Shown here: positions 60,986 through 64,000 of the stretch, in pieces | Numbering within the stretch: the first letter of the stretch is position 1 | Layout: the number at the start of each line of letters is the position of its first letter | Assembly (NCBI GenBank): GCA_965237675.1 | Contig: OZ250150.1 | Location: 4,608,001-4,672,000, forward strand | DNA: 64,000 nucleotides | Direction of reading: 5' to 3' | Source: Candidatus Latescibacterota bacterium | GTDB lineage: Bacteria; Latescibacterota; UBA2968; GCA-2709665 | Notes under the pieces: generated by a model | The model's database searches: none | What the model was told of the DNA's origin: nothing | What the model saw: the letters and a program-made list of their open reading frames with translations, nothing else | Translations under genes and position numbers: made by a program

Positions 60986-61273
60986 TCATTCAATTCCGAA
61001 ATCGGCAGTTCCGGAACCGGACGCTGTCGATCCGGAACGCAACTTCCGTCCAAGGTGTTCGACCTCGTCATCCAGCCCATCTCTCTCATGTTTTCTCGAG
61101 CAAGCCACGCATAGATCGAGTAAATCGACGCTTCCCGCTTCGTCCACCCTGAGTCGTCCGTAGAATCCGAAGGTCCTCCGCCGGCCCAGAAAGGTCCAGT
61201 CGAAGTTTGTAAAGCTCCCCCGGATCAACCTGTAGGATTCAAGCTGCGAATGTGTGAGATTGACGACAAACAT
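60986..61273 (-). CDS. hypothetical protein (possibly truncated cassette gene)
   Basis: ATG 26 bp after the attC-like site. Confidence 0.4.
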   Translation of the reverse strand: MFVVNLTHSQLESYRLIRGSFTNFDWTFLGRRRTFGFYGRLRVDEAGSVDLLDLCVACSRKHERDGLDDEVEHLGRKLRSGSTASGSGTADFGIE

Positions 61274-61299
61274 AATTCAAAACACGTCTACACAGCGGC

Positions 61300-61445
61300 T
61301 GCTCACGTCCATGTATCTACGACGGCCTCCGTCCCGAAGGGCTGGCGCGGCATTTGCGTTTCTTGGCAAATGACGTGACAGAGGAGGCTGTGGCCAAAGG
61401 CCCGAGGGAGCGAAGCGACCGAAGCGTAGACACGGTGTTACAGGC
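61300..61445 (-). other. attC-like recombination site
   Basis: Minus strand GCCTGTAAC-ACC-GTGTCTACG...GCCTCC...CATTTGC/GCAAATG...GGAGGC...CGTAGATAC-ATGGAC-GTGAGCA; long imperfect hairpin; the right core reads GTG instead of GTT. Confidence 0.65.
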
Positions 61446-61561
61446 TGGCAGCGGGCCCCTTTCAGGGCGAAGCCGTCAGAGAGGCAACCACGGAGAACAC
61501 GCGTAGGTGATCGTTTCCCTCTTCATGGTTTATAGAGTATTGCCCAACGCTTATTTCTGTC

Positions 61562-62224
61562 TCAATGGTAGTGCCGAACCTTCGGGTCTCTGTAGCGAAC
61601 GACGGTGTTGTTTCCCCAGGTGGCGAGCGCGATGCCTCCGCGGCGCCGAAAATCATGTGTGAGACGGTTGACCAGTTGACCGTCGATGTAGGTGTGGATG
61701 GACTCTCCTCGTACGGCGATGACGATGTCGTATTCGCGTCCGTGCTCGAACGGATAGTTCACGACGTCGAGCTTCGTGACGCCCGGCACGCCGCCCACCT
61801 TCTTGGTGACTGAGATCGCCTTCCACCCCGTGAGGAAGTCGAGGAAGTAGTAGTCTCTCCCGTCGGAAGACCTCCGGAACTGAATCTGCAGGTTTGAGCC
61901 CTTCTCGAACGTGGCGGCAACCTTCAGTTCGAAGTTCGCCCACGTAGTGTCGCCCTGTGACAGACTGGTGTGGCGGCTTTCGTCTGAGCTGACCACAATC
62001 GTGTCTCCCTGGCGTGACCAGGCTCCCCCTTCACCAGCCGTCCAACCGTCGAGTCCGTCGCCGTGCAGCAGCGACTCCCATTCGATATGGCCGCGCATGC
62101 CGCCAATGTGTGCGCGGCTGTAGTCGTTCTCTGTGGCGGGATCCTCGGCAGCGGTCGAAAGTGATACAAACAGCGACACTATAAGTAGAACGCCCACATA
62201 GACGGTTTTGGCGGCTTGATACAT
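61562..62224 (-). CDS. DUF1080 (3-keto-disaccharide hydrolase-like) exported protein
   Basis: Signal peptide, WESLLHGDGLDGW, NFELKV, GGIAL, YRDPKV. Confidence 0.8.
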   Translation of the reverse strand: MYQAAKTVYVGVLLIVSLFVSLSTAAEDPATENDYSRAHIGGMRGHIEWESLLHGDGLDGWTAGEGGAWSRQGDTIVVSSDESRHTSLSQGDTTWANFELKVAATFEKGSNLQIQFRRSSDGRDYYFLDFLTGWKAISVTKKVGGVPGVTKLDVVNYPFEHGREYDIVIAVRGESIHTYIDGQLVNRLTHDFRRRGGIALATWGNNTVVRYRDPKVRHYH

Positions 62225-62346
62225 TGGGCTCTCCTTGCTGGTTGCGGGGTCTGTGATCGACTCGAAACCGCGGCGTAGCTGTGTTGTTGTCCCTATTCGA
62301 TGACATGGACCGTCCCATTAGTGTTGGTCGATTGTCTGCGCCGCTG

Positions 62347-62419
62347 GCCTGTAACTACGGCATCAGCAAACAGATTCGGTGATACGGAACAGATCTGAGG
62401 ATTCCCGAACGTGTTAGGG
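62347..62419 (-). other. hybrid/degenerate attC-like site
   Basis: Minus strand CCCTAAC...CTGATGCCGTA-GTTACAGGC; the last 9 nt are complementary to GCCTGTAAC at 61445-61437. Confidence 0.45.
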
Positions 62420-62516
62420 GATGCTTCCTACGTTCGCTTCGACTCTGATCAAAGTTCACCTCCCTATCGACCCTTAAGAGTCAATCCATCTCATGTAAGG
62501 GAGTACCGGTCTGCGA

Positions 62517-62630
62517 CCCCGAGCTGAGCCGCTGAGCCGGAACCCTGTGCCTTGCCCTGAGCTTGCGGTCCCTGAGAATGTCGAAGGGCTGTCGAAGGGC
62601 CGAAGGGCTGTCCAAGGGTGTCGAGGGGTT
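62517..62630. repeat. deeply nested REP-like cluster
   Basis: About five left arms followed by five right arms (TCGAAGGG, TCGAAGGG, CCGAAGGG, TCCAAGGG, TCGAGGGG). Confidence 0.8.
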
Positions 62631-62696
62631 GCCCGTGGGCAACGCACGAACGCGCTGCACCGGAACACCGACGTGCTCGGCGACGCGGGTCACTTT

Positions 62697-63500
62697 TCAG
62701 GCGCGCGGCCGTCCCCAGGATACCCGCGTTTGTAAATCGAAGCTGAGATTCCCGGCTTCGTCAGCATACTTGAGGAGGATGCTCGACAACTTGGCGTCAA
62801 AGGCCGCTGCGTTATCCGCTCCCATGTGTTCAACTGACATACTCTCCCGCGAATGAAACGATCCGACGTAGTCCCGAATCGATTGTGAAAAACGAACGGG
62901 GCTGGTCAGCTTATCGCCCAGCGGCAGGAAGTGGTCACGGTTCCGGAGTTCCTGAATCAAATCGATGTCCTCGTAGTGCCGGTTGGTCGAATACTTGCGG
63001 ATCAGCTGAAGCTCTGCTTCACGCCAGGGCGACTCCAATGGACGGTCTCCGTCGATAATGACGACGCGCCCACCCTCCGACATCGCATTCTTGAATCGTG
63101 GAAAGACCACGCTCCACTCCATCCAGTGAATACTTGCGCCCGCTGTCACCAGGGAGTACGGCGGGTTCCATTCTGTGTCCTCGACGCGTCCGTGGGTCCA
63201 TCTGAGGCGTGGATGGTCACCGTTCCGCAGCGACTTTCCCACACGGATCATTTCCTGTGAAAAGTCGATTGCGTCCACGCCTTCCGCGTAATCCACAAGC
63301 AGCCGCGCGATCTTCCCAGGACCGCATCCAGCATCCAATACCCTGCCCGAAGACTCACCAAGTAAGTCCCTGAGAATGTCGTACGTCTCTTCCGGATATG
63401 GAGGTCGAAGTCCGTAGGCGTCGGCCAGGCTTTTGTTCTTGAATCGGGACGCGTAATTATCCCAGTATTGGCGCGGCCTCGCGGAGATTTCTGCGGCCAT
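62697..63500 (-). CDS. class I SAM-dependent methyltransferase
   Basis: RPPYP, VLDAGCGPG, SIHWM. Confidence 0.92.
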   Translation of the reverse strand: MAAEISARPRQYWDNYASRFKNKSLADAYGLRPPYPEETYDILRDLLGESSGRVLDAGCGPGKIARLLVDYAEGVDAIDFSQEMIRVGKSLRNGDHPRLRWTHGRVEDTEWNPPYSLVTAGASIHWMEWSVVFPRFKNAMSEGGRVVIIDGDRPLESPWREAELQLIRKYSTNRHYEDIDLIQELRNRDHFLPLGDKLTSPVRFSQSIRDYVGSFHSRESMSVEHMGADNAAAFDAKLSSILLKYADEAGNLSFDLQTRVSWGRPRA

Positions 63501-63513
63501 CCTGATCAACCTC

Positions 63514-64000
63514 CTAACCTGATCAATTCATGAATTGTCACGGTTAGCTGCTTTATTAGCCAATCAATCAGCTCCGCCGCCGCACAATGGCGTGTCGAGC
63601 CATTGAAGATGCGTGTGTGAAGGTGGGGTAGACATTCCTGTCTGCCCTTCTCGTGTTTACGCAACGCTTCGTTTGACTCCCCCTCTCCTCGCAGGAGAGG
63701 GGGCCGGGGGGAGAGGTTCTTCTGCCGGAATGCAGACAGAAGTGATCCAATACATAGCGCCGTCCTTTTTCCAGTGGACGAGTCGGCGGCGAGTTTTGGT
63801 GTGCCCCGACACAGGATTCCGAGGTTTCGGATTCAGGTACGTGAGCAGACAAGAATGTCCGCTCCACCTTCCAGGCGTGCATTATTGGGATTTCAACTCT
63901 ACATGGTTGGCCGGAATCTGGCTTGAAGGATCCTTTGGGCCGACGACTCGCCAAAGGGCGCGCCACACCCCCTGAGGTCGTCCACGACGCTGTGGTAATT
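63514..64000. mobile_element. second member of the 24278 MITE family; right end not identified in the window
   Basis: CTAA-CCTGATCAATTCATGAATTGTCACGG; shared TTTACGCAACGCTT...CCCCCTCTCCTCGCAGGAGA hairpin; inverted REP pair 63622-63647/63843-63868. Confidence 0.55.

Noticed and set aside
56755-62630. CTGAGC/TCGAAGGG clusters as CRISPR arrays
   Set aside because: No constant repeat with unique ~30-bp spacers, the units are nested, and no cas genes are present

Overview
Bacterial accessory region with no housekeeping operons, rRNA, tRNA, CRISPR, integrase or transposase recognisable. Most of the window is a patchwork of about 50 small, unrelated genes almost all on the minus strand: GNAT acetyltransferases, SAM methyltransferases, NUDIX, HAD and histidine phosphatases, VOC proteins, APH-like kinases, nucleotidyltransferases, hydrolases and toxin-antitoxin modules. 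Many are truncated or fused, and degenerate attC-like sites suggest a decayed integron-cassette-like array (inference). The standout is an intact plus-strand four-gene operon (39160-44379) behind a near-consensus sigma70 promoter: an unknown 266-aa protein, a Walker-A-less DUF2791/BrxD-like protein, an intact DUF2791/BrxD-like ATPase, and a SNF2 helicase with an extra N-terminal domain. It is a candidate new Shango/BREX-2-related defence system. Next to it is a transposase-less IS1595-like unit carrying a HicB/HicA-like pair. The window also has TTAA-flanked MITEs (one splits a kinase gene), nested REP-like palindromes, and a duplicated sigma54-type promoter with a MacB-type permease. All family calls are by eye from motifs; no database search was run.
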